Shown piece by piece: positions 63,281 through 64,000 of a stretch of DNA of 64,000 nucleotides. Location of the stretch: the IMG/VR virus record IMGVR_UViG_3300032677_000006. One strand, 5' to 3'. The DNA is from a virus. Each line of letters starts with the position of its first letter. Positions within the stretch are counted from its first letter, which is position 1. The notes beneath the pieces were generated by a model. That model had not been told where the DNA came from. It was given only the letters and a program-made list of their open reading frames with translations, and did no database searches. The position numbers were made by a program, and so were the translations under genes.

Positions 63281-63555
63281 TCTTGAAACCAGCTTAGCTC
63301 GCCGGTGTAGGGATTCAACAGTCCGGTGGCCTCGTGCGGCATCGAAGTAAGTTCGTTGGGCAAAAACCGGTCAGCTGACTCCAGGTTGTCCACCCAGCCG
63401 TACTCGTTGGACCAGTACAGTCGTTCTGAATGGCTCGCCCAGGGATGGCGCTCGCTGACGATCACCAGGCGGGCCAAGTCCTTGAGCTGGCTTTGCGCCA
63501 GCTCAAGGTCAATGTCATCGGAATCTTGGATTAGCCGCTTAGCCCTGCTCGTCAC
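63277..63555 (-). CDS. Hypothetical protein
   Basis: GTACTTA 4 nt upstream; 'RAKRLIQDSDD'; YWSNEYGW. Confidence 0.6.
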   Translation of the reverse strand: MTSRAKRLIQDSDDIDLELAQSQLKDLARLVIVSERHPWASHSERLYWSNEYGWVDNLESADRFLPNELTSMPHEATGLLNPYTGELSWFQE

Positions 63556-63887
63556 TTCTTAAGTACGCCCTCGGCGGCCAGCGGCATGAACTTAGGTGCC
63601 ACCGTGTCCATGATCACCTTCCGCAGACGCGGGGCCAGGAAATCGGCAGCCGCGTAGGCTAGCTCTGAGCCGTTGCGGTAGTCCGCCCGGAACTTCGCGC
63701 CCACGGCCCGCTGCGCCTTGGAGATGCGGTACTGCGCCTGGGCCACCGTGATGTTGGCCTTGCTGGCAATCGCGCGCGTGGACAGGCCGCACTGCGCCCA
63801 GACGGCCACCTGCGTTTCCTGACTGTCCGCCGAAAAGACCAGCCAGTGCCGGTGCGTCTTGACGCCGTTTTTGCTACTCCTTGACAT
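63552..63887 (-). CDS. HTH-like hypothetical protein
   Basis: 'GLSTRAIASKANITVAQAQYRI'. Confidence 0.55.
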   Translation of the reverse strand: MSRSSKNGVKTHRHWLVFSADSQETQVAVWAQCGLSTRAIASKANITVAQAQYRISKAQRAVGAKFRADYRNGSELAYAAADFLAPRLRKVIMDTVAPKFMPLAAEGVLKK

Positions 63888-64000
63888 AGGTCACCTTTCT
63901 TCCGTCTACACGGACATCATGGCCTTGCAGGATCAAGGTGCCAATTTCGCGCCCGAACATCGCGGCGCGCAAGTCACAGCCGCAGTCCGGACAGAAAGCC

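Noticed and set aside
1-64000. Stop-codon reassignment
   Set aside because: Conserved genes are full length in the standard code and end in TAA, TAG or TGA; no suppressor tRNA is seen

Overview
This window is a 64-kb segment of a large, GC-rich tailed phage with distantly T4-like (myovirus) head, neck and recombination genes. Recognisable genes include a gp23-like major capsid protein, a gp21-like prohead protease fused to a scaffold, a gp13-like neck protein, a probable tape measure and baseplate proteins, gp46/Rad50, RecA/UvsX, gp32-like SSB, UvsY-like protein, HU and two sigma-like factors. Accessory genes include four glycosyltransferases, several methyltransferases, a PurZ/PurA-family enzyme, a GHKL ATPase plus Dam-type methylase island, a papain-like protease, a patatin, a RelE-like toxin, a 2H phosphoesterase and two PAS proteins. 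The most striking locus is 49680-52306 (minus strand). One sigma70-type promoter precedes a tandem array of four Y-RNA-like ncRNAs, an atypical tRNA-Met and two further structured RNAs, followed directly by a Ro60/Rsr (TROVE+vWA) gene. The four Y-like RNAs share the Ro-binding bulged helix and UUAUC/UUACC loop but carry different inserts: none (two copies), a permuted tRNA mimic, or a ~200-nt multi-hairpin domain. A fifth Ro-site copy sits in the rsr leader. Three other patterns run across the window. (1) Three short motifs sit mostly 4-8 nt before start codons, implying widespread leaderless mRNAs and matching two phage sigma factors. (2) About 20 unrelated proteins share a 'V..LLE' peptide resembling a capsid-targeting and protease-cleavage signal. 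(3) A standalone kissing-loop ncRNA candidate lies at 54098-54206. All family calls come from motif recognition by eye; no searches were run.
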